From Podarcis bocagei (Eukaryota): 64,000 bases of DNA. Within the stretch, counting starts at the first letter, position 1; the number at the start of each line of letters is the position of its first letter. The notes beneath the pieces were generated by a model. The model was not told where the DNA came from. It made no database searches and saw only the letters and a program-made list of their open reading frames with translations. The stretch lies in the NCBI GenBank assembly GCA_964188305.1, contig OZ076889.1. The stretch is one strand, 5' to 3'. Made by a program: the position numbers and the translations under genes. Shown here piece by piece: positions 24,790 through 37,178 of the stretch.

Positions 24790-25925
24790 AACGGGATGTT
24801 GTAGAGTTGGAAAAGGCTCAGAAAAGGGCAACTCCCCTGTGAAGAGCAGTTTCAGCATTTGGGACTTAGAGAAAGGGTGAGTAAGAGGCGAAACGATAGA
24901 AGTCGATACAGTGGTGCCTCGCAAGACGAAATTAATTGGTTCCGCAAGTTTTTTCTTCTTGCGAGTTTTTCGTCTTGCGAAGCACGGTTTCCCATAGGAA
25001 TGCATTGAAAATCAATTAATGCGTTCCTAGGGAAACCGCTTGCCAGGCTGGCGGTGCGGAGAAGGGCTTTTCTCCGCACCGCAAGCCTTCAGGACAGGTA
25101 CGGGAACAGAGGGGAAGGGGCGCAGCACTTTCCCTCTGTTCCCGGGGCTTGCGTGGGAGGAGGGTTTTTCCTCCCCGCCACCAACATTCAGAACAGCATT
25201 CTGAATGTTGGCGGTGGGAAGGAAAACCCTCCTCCCACCCCAAGTCTTCAGGAAAGCCATCCGATGCCGCGCGGCGGGAGGAGGCGTTCCCCCCCCCACC
25301 GCCCGGCATCGGAGCTTCGTTCCGATGCCGCGCGGCGGGAGGAGGTCCGAGGACAGTGGGGAAGACGCGCTGCGCTTCCCCGCTGTCCCGGAGATTTCCC
25401 TATGGGCTGTCGTCTTGCGAGGCAAGCCCATAGGGAAATTCGTTTTGCGAAGCGCCTCCAAAACGGAAAACCCTTTCATCTAGCGGGTTTTCCATCTTGC
25501 GAGGCGTTCGTCTTGCGGGGTACCACTGTACACTTATGCATGGCATTGAGAAAGTGGACAGAGAAACATTTTCCTCCTCTCTCATAATGCTAGAACTTGT
25601 GGACATCCCGTGAAGCTGAACATTTGAAGATTCAGGACAGAAAAGAAAGTACTTCTTCATGCAGCACATAGTTGAACTATGGAACTTGCTCCCACAGACA
25701 GCAGTGGCAGCCACCAACTTGTGTGGCTTTAAAAGAGGTTTAGACAAATTCATGGAGGACAATGCTGTCAATGGCTACTAGCCATGAGGACTGTGTTCTA
25801 CCTCCACTGTCAGAGGCAGGATGCCTCTGAATACCAGTTGCTGGGAATCACAGGAGGGCAGAGTGCTCTTGCAGACATCTGGTTGGCCACTATAAGAACA
25901 GGGTGCTGGTCTAGATGGGCCATGT
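24790..25925 (+). mobile_element. CR1-clade LINE 3' fragment, split by a MITE
   Basis: ttggaaaaggctcagaaaagggcaac ... gattcaggacagaaaagaaagtacttcttc ... ggctttaaaagaggtttagacaaattcatggagga resemble CR1 ORF2 C-terminal and 3' UTR sequence; boundaries approximate. Confidence 0.75.
24909..25528. mobile_element. Tc1/mariner-superfamily (pogo/Tigger-like) MITE, 620 bp
   Basis: TIRs cagtggtgcctcgcaagacgaa / ttcgtcttgcggggtaccactg; TA TSD on both sides; CpG-rich with internal palindromes. Confidence 0.88.
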
Positions 25926-25985
25926 TAAAAAGCTGCAAGTCTTCAGAATAGAATAAGAGCATAGGCAGCTGTATTATACTTATAT

Positions 25986-26146
25986 CACATCCACACTGTA
26001 TGTTTAAAGCACATAGTGTCTTCCCCCCCCCCAAAAAAAAGAATTCTGGGAACTGTAGTTTGAATTTTTGCTCTATGAGGGATAAACTACAATTCCCAGG
26101 ATTCTTTGGGGGAAGCCCTGTGCTTTAAATGCATGCTGTGGATGAG
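25986..26146. mobile_element. Short palindromic MITE-like element
   Basis: catccacactgtatgtttaaagcaca...agaattctgggaactgtagttt is mirrored by aaactacaattcccaggattct...tgtgctttaaatgcatgctgtggatg. Confidence 0.7.
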
Positions 26147-27129
26147 TCAAATCCAGTGGTCCATCTAGCTCAGCAGTCCCTGACAGCAGCTTGAGATAGC
26201 ACAAGCACATAAATATGTCTTCAGAACTAGCCATCTCCACACCAAAGAACAAGAAGAATAGCAACCTCTCCTCTGAGACGAGGATTCTGTAACCACTTAA
26301 GTTGGCTTTATTAGCAAAACCCACATGATATCCATTGGTAAAAAAAACAAAAAACCGACACCTGAAGTGAAGAATTATTGTGCATTCAGCAGGCGTGTGT
26401 ATGTGCTTCTAGGGCAAATCTTCACTACAATGACAGTTCACACGCAGGGGAAATAAATGTCAGGGTAGGGCTAGTCCATGTAATCCATATCACAGCTCTC
26501 TCCCCCAGAACTGCAGACATGGTCAGAGAGACAGTGGCTATAGAGAGTCATGATGAAGACTAAAATGAAATGCTGTAAGGGCATTGCAGCCAGCATAAAT
26601 ACCAGCTGCCAGTGTTAGCTCTGCTTGTATTGGTTCTGGTGCTCCCAAGCAGTGGCAGCAGCTGAATCTTTTTTATTAAGGCCACTGCCTTCCTAAAACC
26701 CATTTATCTTACTCAGCAACGCTAAATACTTAAGAAGCAATTGGGCTGGTTTAGCAGAGAAATGTTTTTATCTGCAGGTGACTGTTTCATAAATTCAGAC
26801 ATTTGGCTGGAGCAGATTTCAGAGAGATGCTCCTTTTGTGGAGGTTCCTCTGATCTGTGAGGAGATTAGAGTCTGGTGAAGATGTCAGGGTAAACACTAC
26901 ATTTAAATAAACTGTTAAGATTGAATGGGTGCCACCAGGATGCTGGTCTGCTTCACATATTTCGGCTTTGCCCTTCAGGGAAATTGTGGAGTTCTCCTGC
27001 AGTTTGGAGCATTTTGCTCATTTGCACAGTCTGCTTTCACGGTCTGCTTATTGATATTGGCTTGGATGTCATATTTTCAATACATTTTATATATGCAAAA
27101 TCTATCATCATTCTGTTATAATGATTATT

Positions 27130-27620
27130 GTTATCATTATCCCCTCACTTTTCAGGAAACATTAGATGTAGCTTACAAAAAAAAGTAGTAAAATAAAATA
27201 CAATCCAAAAGAAATACATAAAATATTAAAAATAGGAATAAAACATAGGAATTAAACAACAGCAGTCCATAAAGGCTCTAGAAGAAACAGATATTTCTTT
27301 CTTTATTTAAACAATTTATACCCCATTTTTAAGCTTCACAAAGGGCCCCTGGACATAATAAAAAATACAAGCACTGATGAATAATAAAACAGACTATAGA
27401 ACAGCAGGGATAAAAACCTCAAATCAAGCTAAAAGCTTGGTGAAGCAAAAAAAAAAATGTAACTCTTGAAAACTCTATTCAGGCTTCTTGGGGAAGGAAT
27501 TGTACAGCTTGGGCACCACAACCAAGAAGCCACTGTCCCATGTCCCGGTCAGTTGGATGTCCCCAAACAGCAGGATATGGAGCAGGGCCTTGAATGAAGA
27601 ATGTAGTGGGCTGGCAGCCA
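27130..27620 (-). mobile_element. Degraded L2-like 3' end fragments (probably two)
   Basis: tttatttaaacaatttataccccatttt and gggaaggaattgtacagcttgggcaccacaaccaagaagcc (minus strand VVVPKLYNSFP, L2-like C-terminus). Confidence 0.5.
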
Positions 27621-28187
27621 TTAGATACAAAATATTGTGTGTGTATTTTTCCTTTTTCAATAAAAGCTTAAAACGCTTGGAAGGCAGAAATCTCTTTCTA
27701 GTACCAAATTCTGTACAACTTCAAAGCATGAGGGAAATCAATCGAATGCATACAGGCTTGGATGTAGTCTACTGCTTTTGTTTATAATATTTCTAACCCA
27801 CTCTTCATCACAATGGATCCCAGAGTGGGGTGAAAACAAACATTCATATTGATAGAATAGTTCTGAGCAGGCAGCTGAGAAATGTAATTATTAATTAGCT
27901 TGAGAGAAAGCAAGTTTAATACAGATAGAGAAGCTCACATTCTGATATACACAGAGCAAGTTAAGGCACCTTTGCAGTCTCACCTGCAGATGGCTGAGCA
28001 AGAAACCAGCCTTTGATGTAGCACACTGTAACCTCATAGGTTGCAACATTCTTGAGCAGTGATCAGCTGTGCATATTTTCATGTTTCTATGAACAGACAG
28101 GATAGATGTTCATATCATTGTCTTGAATAATTGTGCCATTTTGTGTCTCGTTCATCCTAGGAGAATGGCTTCTCCTTTGCACTGTTA

Positions 28188-28370
<183 letters not shown>

Positions 28371-30476
28371 TCAGTGTGTGTTCTTCCCTATCTCCTCCTT
28401 TCTTTTATTAATTCTCCATCCTCTGAATCCCCCTTTGCATAGGTGTTGCCTAAGCATTTATAAAACATGGTTTGATTCTATTACTTTACTTGGGCCTGCG
28501 CCCCTGCTCTCACTGCTTGCCAGCCTTGTCTACATGTCACCCCTCCAAATCCCCAGCCCTCTTCCACTTTACACCTCAACCCCCCGACCCTCACCCAAAG
28601 CCTCTCCCCTTTACACTTCACCACTGGTAGGGTGAAATGAAGTAAATGAAGAGGAGAAAGTCTTTTCTCACCTTTGCACTCCTGCTCTGCTGCAAGTTTC
28701 CTTTTAATTGTCCCACCACTGTCACTCAAAGAGAGAAAAAGAAATTGCATTTTAATATGCAGGCTTTTTCTCTCCTTCCCACAGCAACAGCCTCCCAACA
28801 GAACAGTAGGCAGGCAAGAGGGGAAGGCAGACCAGGCAAGCAGCATGGGTGGCCCAGGTGAGCTGCACAACATCAGAAAGTTCAGTGTCAGACATTTGGC
28901 TCTGCTGCTGCTTCCTGCCTCATTGTCCTCCAGTGCTGCTGACACCAAAACTGTGGTTGTGGGGAACTGCCCTGCCCTGCTCTGGCTGTTTCTCTGTGAC
29001 TAGCTGTGCTGTCCACAACCCACACCACTTGCCCGGACCACCTGCCACCCGTGTCACTCACCTGCCTGTCTGGGCTGCCTGCCTGCTGTTCCGTCATCAC
29101 TCTGCAGTTGGTCACACCAACTGCAGTGTGACAACATTATTACAATCTTAATACATACCAAGAAAAACTGAAGTTCAGAAAACACAATTACACACATTTT
29201 AAAAATGCCATTGTTGGGAATGGAAGTGGGCAGTGATTGAGATAGTGGCAGTACATTTTGTGAAGTGGAGGAAGCAGAATTGAGGGGAGGGGGAGTTTCC
29301 AAAGCAGGGCTATGGACATGTACAAACCTGTGGCTCACTTGATTACTTCTATGGGACATCTTGCCTTTGCAGCAGTTTCAGGTATTTCTTCCTACAACAG
29401 CTTTTGCTGCTGGCAGGTGCCTTAGTAGCTGTGGATCTCACTTGTTTTGAAGAGCTTGCTTCTGAGTTTTGCTGCCAGTGAAAACATATGTGTCACTGCC
29501 AAACTCATTTTCTACAGAGCAAGTTGTAGCAAAGAGCTCCTCTGGCCAGACAGTTCAGTAGTATGAGATCACTTGCCTGCCCAGGGTGGGGTGGGGTGGG
29601 GTGGGGTGGATGCGAATCCTTGTGAGCCTTCCTGCAGAACCGGAGCATGTTGCTTTGGAAGGCAAAGAAATGAGTAAATGAGACGTGCACCATAAACCTG
29701 CTTGCCTTGTAAGATGCACTTTAGGTAAATGCACTCTTTGCAAGAATTTAAGTAACTCTGCTTGATGCAAGAAACTTAGAAATTGATTACACTGATGATC
29801 ATGCTGCTTCTCTGGCTGGTTTTTGAGGAAGCTTATCTCAGTACACAGCTATTGCTTATCTTAACAGGGAGGGTTACAGGAGTCTGAGAATTATGGTTGA
29901 AAGGGTTCAGCTAGTGGAAGGGGGGAGGGCAAGTATTGCCCTGAAGCTTTGGTAGGTCATTTTTCCTGGTTTGGTTTGAGTCTCTAGGCTTGTGCTGTCT
30001 CATCAGAGGCTCTGGAGTCCAGCCACAGCATTTCACGAAGACATTTCTATGTCCTATTTCCACTAGGATCATTCACTACAGGAGGAACATACTATTTTCA
30101 CATGTGTTTCTCCTTGTTACTTTTAATTCCTTTATTGCTAACAGTAGCAATATGTTGTTTCTAAAGCTGGTGTCCAGAGCTAGCCTATGTACCTACATAA
30201 TGTAACATATCAAACTCCCAGGTTAGTGTGTATAGGATTGCAGCCTTAAATAGTCTGCAGTTTGAAGAGGGGAGTTGTTTCTGTAGTTCTCGGGGGGGGG
30301 GGCGGATAGAAAGAGAGCTACAGTTCTTTGCGTGAGAGAGGTGTTTGTGGAAGAAAGTAGATACACTTGGGGGTCCAGATAGTGCCAAATCTTGTGTGTG
30401 TGCTTGCATGTGTTAATAATCCATAGTTTGTCATCACAATTCCCTTACTCTTTCCTCCTTCCTGTCCCCCCATCAG

Positions 30477-30503
30477 TTAAGGTTTAAGGACGCTATTGAC
30501 CAC
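30477..30503 (+). CDS. PTPRF: Microexon meC / LASE-c (27 nt, inside FN3 repeat 5), encodes LRFKDAIDH
   Basis: Pyrimidine tract, catcag|TTAAGGTTTAAGGACGCTATTGACCAC|gtaagt; consensus donor, phase 0-0; same size and intron as the 9-aa LAR-family meC. Confidence 0.85.
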
Positions 30504-32519
30504 GTAAGTACCATTTGTTAGAGTGTTTGCTTGGATCAGGTGGGTTTGAGGATCATTTTGTGAAATCTGTGTGCATAGTGCTGTCAAAACACCCCTGTCA
30601 ATCCTCAGATATTTCTAGGGAGTTGCTCTGTGGAGCTTCCACCAGCCACAAATCCTGAGCAAATTGGCATTTAGATTGCTGCTAAATGCAGAAAAGCAAT
30701 TGACATTTTTCATAATCTGTATTTCCAGCTTGTTGCAATGCAATTTCAGGCAGATGCGGGGGGAGCAGCCCACTTTCTACAGTCTTTGGTCCAGCTCGTT
30801 ACATGGCAGAGTCAGATCTGTAATCTTTAAACCTTATTGATCCCAGTCGTGAAAAATACCCTGTTCTCTCAGCTGTGACCTTTGGTTGAAACAGAAGCTG
30901 TAATAAGAACACAATCACATTCAAACAGTTAAATTCAATTTTTCCAAGTAATTTTGAGATATAAATTTGGAGGAACAAGCTTGAAAATTACCTTTGGAGA
31001 AAGAGAGATTAAGTTACATACCCTGCTGTGGCTTCCCTCGTCTCTTAGCAGAAGGACTTTGCTTAGAAGGGGTTTGCAGCGACAGCCCTATGTATGGTAT
31101 CTCTCATTCCACCTTCTTTCTTTCCTCTCTCCCCCTAACTTGCTTTGTTCTAGTGGCATGCTCTTCCCTGTGTGAGAATTACTCTCCTGTGTGGACTGTG
31201 GTGATGACTACATCTTTTCGTAGCCTTCGTGTTGTGTGTTTGAGTATCTCCCTCTATATCAATTTATTACCATTGATTGATTTTGCTCTCTCATAGAACT
31301 CCAGGGGGAAAAGGAAATCTTACTTGAACTCTGATTTTGGTGTCATTCTGATTTCTGTTTGCTAATTTGGGTTTGCAAATGAAAGCAATGAAGGAATAAT
31401 CTGGGTTAGGTGGCTGAATCCTGTAACTTACCTGGGCTGCCAATGAGAAAAAGCCTATTCACATTTGTTTGTTTGTTTGTTTGTTTTATTCAAGTAATTA
31501 ACAATTACATGACAGCCAAAAGCAAAGCACCCTGACAAACCAAGGTTCTAGGAAGAGATTGTGCTCTATCTATCCATCACAATACAGATTTATTCCTGGT
31601 TATATCACATTTTGATTTTTGTTCATCAACAGTCATTCCTTCATGCATAGGGTTAATGGTTGAAATTCTATTAGAAAACTGCTAGAGATTGTCTTTGAGC
31701 AGGTCTTTCTCTGTGGAGTCCTCCACAAGGGTCCATATTTGCCAATAGAATGTAGAAGGTTTGAGAGAGCTGGAGTAGGCTTATGGTTACAAAGCCAATC
31801 CCGTCAAATGATCCAGTGAGATAGTTCAAGGTCCTACTGCTACTTGCCCCTGCTGGTGTCTCTAGCCTGCACAGCTGGGGACAATACCATTGAGAAGGTA
31901 ACAGATCCTGTGGCCTATATATCCTGTGGCCTTTGTTTGTGTAGAATTTTATGCTTGCTCTCTCGCCTTACATGTTTCCTGAGGTAGTTTATTTTTAAGA
32001 AGCAAGACTCTTGAATACCGTGGTTGGTGAGCATGTTATGGCAAGTGGCAGATCCACTAGCTATATTGTTGCTCATCCCAGGGCCTTCTGCTGGAAGAGA
32101 CAAGTGAGTAGTGGTCTGCTTCTGTTCTGTTATATGTACTGAAGTTAACACTTTAACTGTGATGGAAGGGCTGCTACTTTCTTGTTACAATAGATTTCCA
32201 ACCAGTCCTTTTCATCTTTTGCCCATGTATCTGTGGGGTAAATGGCAGCACTATGAACAGAGAAGACTGCTTCATGCCCTTATTACATGGCTGTGTAGCA
32301 GTTTGCCCTGCCAGGTATAGCAAAAGAATGTGCTTGTTTGTGGCCTGTTGATATGAGGAAGCACTTTGTCTCCGATAAGCATCTCATGACAATTAAAATT
32401 CAATATATGATGCTGCTGGAAGGTGCTGTTCATAAGTGAAAATAAGACACAGAACCTTGCCAGGCTCAGAGACTAAAAGACAAGACAACAAGGGAAGGCA
32501 AGTGGAGGGAAGTTTTAAA

Positions 32520-32947
32520 TGTTTGATTTTTATATATGCTGTAAGCCGTTTAGAGATAGGTAAAGGTAAAGGTACCCCTGCCCGTACGGGCCAGTCTTGC
32601 CAGACTCTAGGGTTGTGCGCCCATCTCACTCAAGAGGCCGGGGGCCAGCGCTGTCCGAAGACACTTCCGGGTCACGTGGCCAGCGTGACATCGCTGCTCT
32701 GGCGAACCAGAGCCGCACACGGAAACGCCGTTTACCTTCCCGCTTGTAAGCGGTCCCTATTTATCTACTTGCACCCGGGGGTGCTTTCGAACTGCTAGGT
32801 TGGCAGGCGCTGGGACCGAACGACGGGAGCGCACCCCGCCGCAGGGATTCGAACCGCCGACCTTTCGATCGGCAAGCCCTAGGCGCTGAGGCTTTTGCCC
32901 ACAGCGCCACCTGCGTCCCACCCGTTTAGAGATGGATGGGGTATTAT

Positions 32948-33024
<77 letters not shown>
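32520..33024 (+). mobile_element. Old L2-like 3' terminus with compound (TAC)n(TAT)n tail (32942-33024), interrupted by a Sauria SINE
   Basis: gctgtaagccgtttagagat[SINE]ggatggggtattattactac... resembles the L2 terminus seen at 16104-16165. Confidence 0.55.
32558..32919 (-). mobile_element. Sauria SINE, full length, second copy
   Basis: Highly similar to the copy at 22950-23312; 12-bp TSD ccgtttagagat at 32546-32557 and 32922-32933. Confidence 0.9.
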
Positions 33025-33787
33025 GTCTGTCAGTAACAGAACAAAAAGAGATTAATTGTTAACAGACATTTACTTCCAGTTAGCACCAGCTTGATCTTCC
33101 CTTTCTGGCAGTCTTGCCGGGATGAAAATGGTGAAACTACTGAGTAGCCCTTGGTTGTCCTTTGACCAGTAACAAGTTCACTTGTGGTAGAAGTTGTGGG
33201 AAAGTTGTTCTTCCCTTCCCACTTCAGTTTGCTGTATTTTGTTGGGTCCCTGTTTCTTGCAGTGAACTTCCTTGGCTATCCAGAATTATATGCTGGGCAA
33301 TTTGTCTAGAAATTGGGCTGCAACTAACGCCTGCTGCAATTGCATTGGCAGTTGCAAGTGTTGAGTTTGACAAGCTGCTCCAGGCAAACCAACCCTTTCA
33401 TCCCATGTTGGAAATAGGAGAAAAATGTGTGGATTTGTTCATGTGATTTAGTGAAAATGGGTGCTTTCTGGCACAGGAAACACAACAAAAGTAGCCTATG
33501 ACAAAACATACCCTGGCTTACTTCACAAAGGCCAGAAAACACTGGATTGCATCAACCAACCTAGGAACATGTTTTCTCAATACAACTTTCACTTGTCATC
33601 AGTGATGCGAGAGATGGAGGCCCTGTATCCAAAGTAATGTCATTTAAAAGTTAATAAAACTTCAGGGTCAGTTTTCCTTCTTGTGTGTTTTGAAACTAAA
33701 TGGGTCAAATATCCAAAGTACAGAAATGCTCTTATATTCCTGCCTTCCTTAATTTTATAATGAACTAAAAGTGTCTGTTTCCCACAG

Positions 33788-33905
33788 GAAACCCTCATTG
33801 GAGGCCTTTTACCCGAAACAACCTATTCTATCAGCATCGCAGCCTACACCACCAAAGGGGATGGGGCCCGCAGCAGGGACAAGGTGGTTACTACAAGTGG
33901 AGCAG
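33788..33905 (+). CDS. PTPRF: Exon encoding second part of FN3 repeat 5 ([39 protein letters not shown])
   Basis: ccacag|GAAACC ... GCAG|gtgagc; 118 nt, phase 0-1; [12 protein letters not shown] is a LAR-family signature. Confidence 0.96.
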
Positions 33906-35881
33906 GTGAGCCAATAGTACTACAACACATCTTTGATAGGCAACTCTAGTCTAATATTTTGAGCTCCAGAATCAAAGATGACAGAAATTTTAATCTTAAG
34001 AAGTGTTAGGAAGGTGAAAAAAGCACCTGTACCCTCAAACCCCTTGTTTTGCAGACTGAACTGCAGGTAATGGAGAAGCAAGTAGAAGAATGGAAACTTC
34101 CTCTCTTTAAGAACTGCTTCACACATTACAATTTTACTACAATGGAGATAATTTGCAGGCATTCTGGCATGCCATGTTAACAGCAGTCAGTCAGATGTCT
34201 CTGGGGAGCCACAAGCAAAGCAGGAGAACAATGACCATCTCCTGTTCATCCCAAGTATCTGACATTTGGAACTGTACCGCTTCTGCTCATAGTTACCATG
34301 GCTAGTAGTTGCTGGGAAATGCCTCTGCCTTGAATTGGCAAAATACCATGACATTCACGTGGCAGCTTCATCACAGCTTAGTCAAATCAGCTCACCCCAA
34401 ATCCAGAATACCACTATGCTATTGTAAATTTGCTCTGAGTGCCACAGTCTGGCACAGGATAATGGTTATCTTGGCACTGTGCTGATACTGAATAGTTTTG
34501 TTGTTGATGGATTTACATGTCAATCTCCCCTGATTTGGGGGAAGGATGTGTCTCTGTTGTGGGTGGAACGGAGATATGAAACCATCCATTTTATACAGCA
34601 GGTGTTAAGCTTTGAAGGGAGCAGCCCTTAATTTGTGCTACATATATGAGATTTGGAATCCTGTTGCTGCTCAGCCATCACATCAACATTCCTAGCAGGA
34701 ACCAGTTCATCAGCTCAAACACAGCACATTTTGATTGCAAACAGCATGCTATGCTCTCAACAGCTCGCACAGGTGGTGAAATTATAAAGATTGCTATGAA
34801 AATTGCCTGCATCAAACTAGCGGAGATTCCAGTTTTGAGTCTGGGCTTCTCTGCAACATCTTATATTAAAGCCCTGATTTCTTATCTTATGGCATTACCT
34901 TTCACTTTCTTTATCATACTGTCCCAAATCTACTTTCTCTAGGCTTGCTTCTGCAAATGGCAAGATTCAAGGAGTGGTTGTGGAAGTATGATGAGATTTA
35001 AGAGTCAGATACAAGGAAGTTTTGAAGACAGTATCCATCACAGTGTTATTTTTCATTGCAATTTTGGAAATAGTTACATTTGGAATAATTTACACTATAG
35101 AAGTTAGGGATTAGCTGTTTAAATAATTTGCCCCAGGGTTTGGTTCCATCTGAATTTCAGTCCATCACCTACTGACATCCTGCATTATCAGTGTTTGCAA
35201 ACTACAGGCACAAAGGTTTTCACAAAATATAGCAGCTGACAAAATTCCTTCAGAAGCTTGCACAAAGTGTGGCATTTGTGATAATCTTATTCATCCCTAT
35301 TCCTTTAAGATCCTATAGCTTCCACCATAGGGTTCTCAACTCCCCTCCCCAAAAGAAATCAGATCTTATGATCAAGTTAGGCACATTTTACAGACAAACA
35401 TATAGGTTAAGGATATTTATGAAATGTAGCCATGTAGAAATTAGTTTTTTTCCATTATAAAATTTGGATTTTGTTTTGTTGCTGTTGTTTAATTGTGGAA
35501 TTTGGAGGACCTGGAAGAGTAAACACTGATATGTTCATAAATACAGTGCAGTTGTTTCTGGACTGAACCACTTCAAATTGCAGGTGGTTTGCCTTTTTGG
35601 ACATTGCCCCTGTAAACTCCCTGCCTGTGGAAAGCATGCAAAGCAAAAGTCTTATCCCAGACATGCTGCTTTTTTGTGTGCAGCTAATTTTAATGTGGGG
35701 AAGCATTCAAACATATTGATCTTTCATCTGTAATCTGTCGCCAAATTGATAGGGAGTGCTGTGCTAGCTGATATTCCTTAGCAGGTAGATAAATTTCCCG
35801 AGTGAGCAACTCCAGCAGTGAAAATGCCAGAACTCTGTCTCCCTCCCACTTATGGCATATCACCCTGTTTTTGTTCCACAG

Positions 35882-36460
35882 TCCCAGGCAAGCCTACCAT
35901 GATGATCAGCACCACAGCCATGAATACAGCTCTGATCAATTGGCACCCACCTAAAGAGATGGTTGGGGAGCTGCTGGGCTACCAGCTGCAGTTCAAACAT
36001 GCTGAGGAGGAGAAGATGAGGATTATGAACTTTGAGAAGAACGTGGATCACTTCACCGTGACTGACCTTTACAAGGGTGCCACCTACATCTTCAAGCTGG
36101 CTGCCAAGAATAGGGTTGGTCTTGGGGAGGAGTTTGAAAAAGAAATCACTACCGCAGAGGAGGCGCCAAGCGGTTTCCCCCAGAACCTGCACGTGGTGGG
36201 GCTGACCACCTCCACCACTAAAGTGACTTGGGAGCCTCCACTTCTGGCAGAGAGGAATGGAAAAATGACCAACTACACAGTTGTGTACAGAGACATTAAC
36301 AGCCAGCAGAACCTGACCAATGTTACGAGGGAAACGAGCATCACTCTGACCAACCTCAAACCTGACACAACCTATGACATCAAAGTTAGAGCCCACACTA
36401 ACAAGGGAGCTGGCCCTCTCAGCCCCAGCATTCAGTCTAGGACGATGCCGATGGAACAAG
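35882..36460 (+). CDS. PTPRF: Exon encoding FN3 repeats 6-7 (VPGKPTMMIS...RTMPMEQ)
   Basis: ccacag|TCCCA ... CAAG|gtaagc; 579 nt, phase 1-1. Confidence 0.97.
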
Positions 36461-37080
36461 GTAAGCGCCTCCCCTGTGATCAGTTAACGAACCTCTATGG
36501 CAGAAAACAGGTCAGAGATGACCCGGTCAGTCTTACCTTCCTGAGCTTATAATTTTTTGGATGGGGGGGCATAGAGGTTGCATGACTGCATTTGTTTTTT
36601 CAAACACATACCCCATTTTCTGTTTCCAGATAAGAATTGTTGCTTTGGTGCAAACTGAACAGGCAGCTTCTGTGAAGAAACAGTGCCTCATAACTGCTAC
36701 CTTTTGAAGATTGCTGTGTACACACTATACCTTTAAAGTACAATCGGAACACATTATTTTCCTCAAAGAATTCAGGGCCCTGTAGTTTACCTCTTGCAGT
36801 GTTAAAAATCCTAGCAACCCATAACAAACTACAGGGCCCAGAGAGAGGATATACTTTGAACGTGCTTTAAATATATAGTTTGTACACAGTCTGTGACAAA
36901 GAGGGGAAGGTGGCAACACAGTTTGGTCAAAAAGCTTAAGTGTCCTAAGGTGCGAGAAGGCTTATTGAATCTACAGGAAAACACCAAATTTTGCTGCTAC
37001 TGAGAAGAGTGGAAGGGAAAGGGTTAGTTGTCCAGTGTTGCCTCACGGGGGCCACTCAAAAGGATTCTTTCTAATTGCAG

Positions 37081-37178
37081 TGTTCGCAAAGAACTTTCGT
37101 GTCAGTGCTGTGATGAAAACATCAGTGCTACTTAGCTGGGAGGTTCCAGACTCTTACAAATCTGCAGTTCCTTTCAAG
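37081..37178 (+). CDS. PTPRF: Exon encoding first part of FN3 repeat 8 ([33 protein letters not shown])
   Basis: ttgcag|TGTTC ... TTCAAG|gtaagg; 98 nt, phase 1-0. Confidence 0.96.

Noticed and set aside
25016-25587. Several overlapping 90-177 aa ORFs on both strands
   Set aside because: They lie in or across the GC-rich MITE and have no transposase motifs; explained by low stop-codon density.
28379-28463. Strong pyrimidine tract and catag acceptor followed by VLPKHL*
   Set aside because: Could be a terminal exon or an AG/GT recursive site, but I saw no nearby AATAAA and gtgttg is a poor donor.
33587-33602. Minus-strand CTGATGA-caagt-GAAA hammerhead-like core
   Set aside because: Only 5 nt between the boxes, so no stem II can form, and no convincing stems I/III.
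35860-36459. 199-aa minus-strand ORF
   Set aside because: Coincides with the FN6-7 exon; antisense shadow of coding sequence with no recognisable domain.
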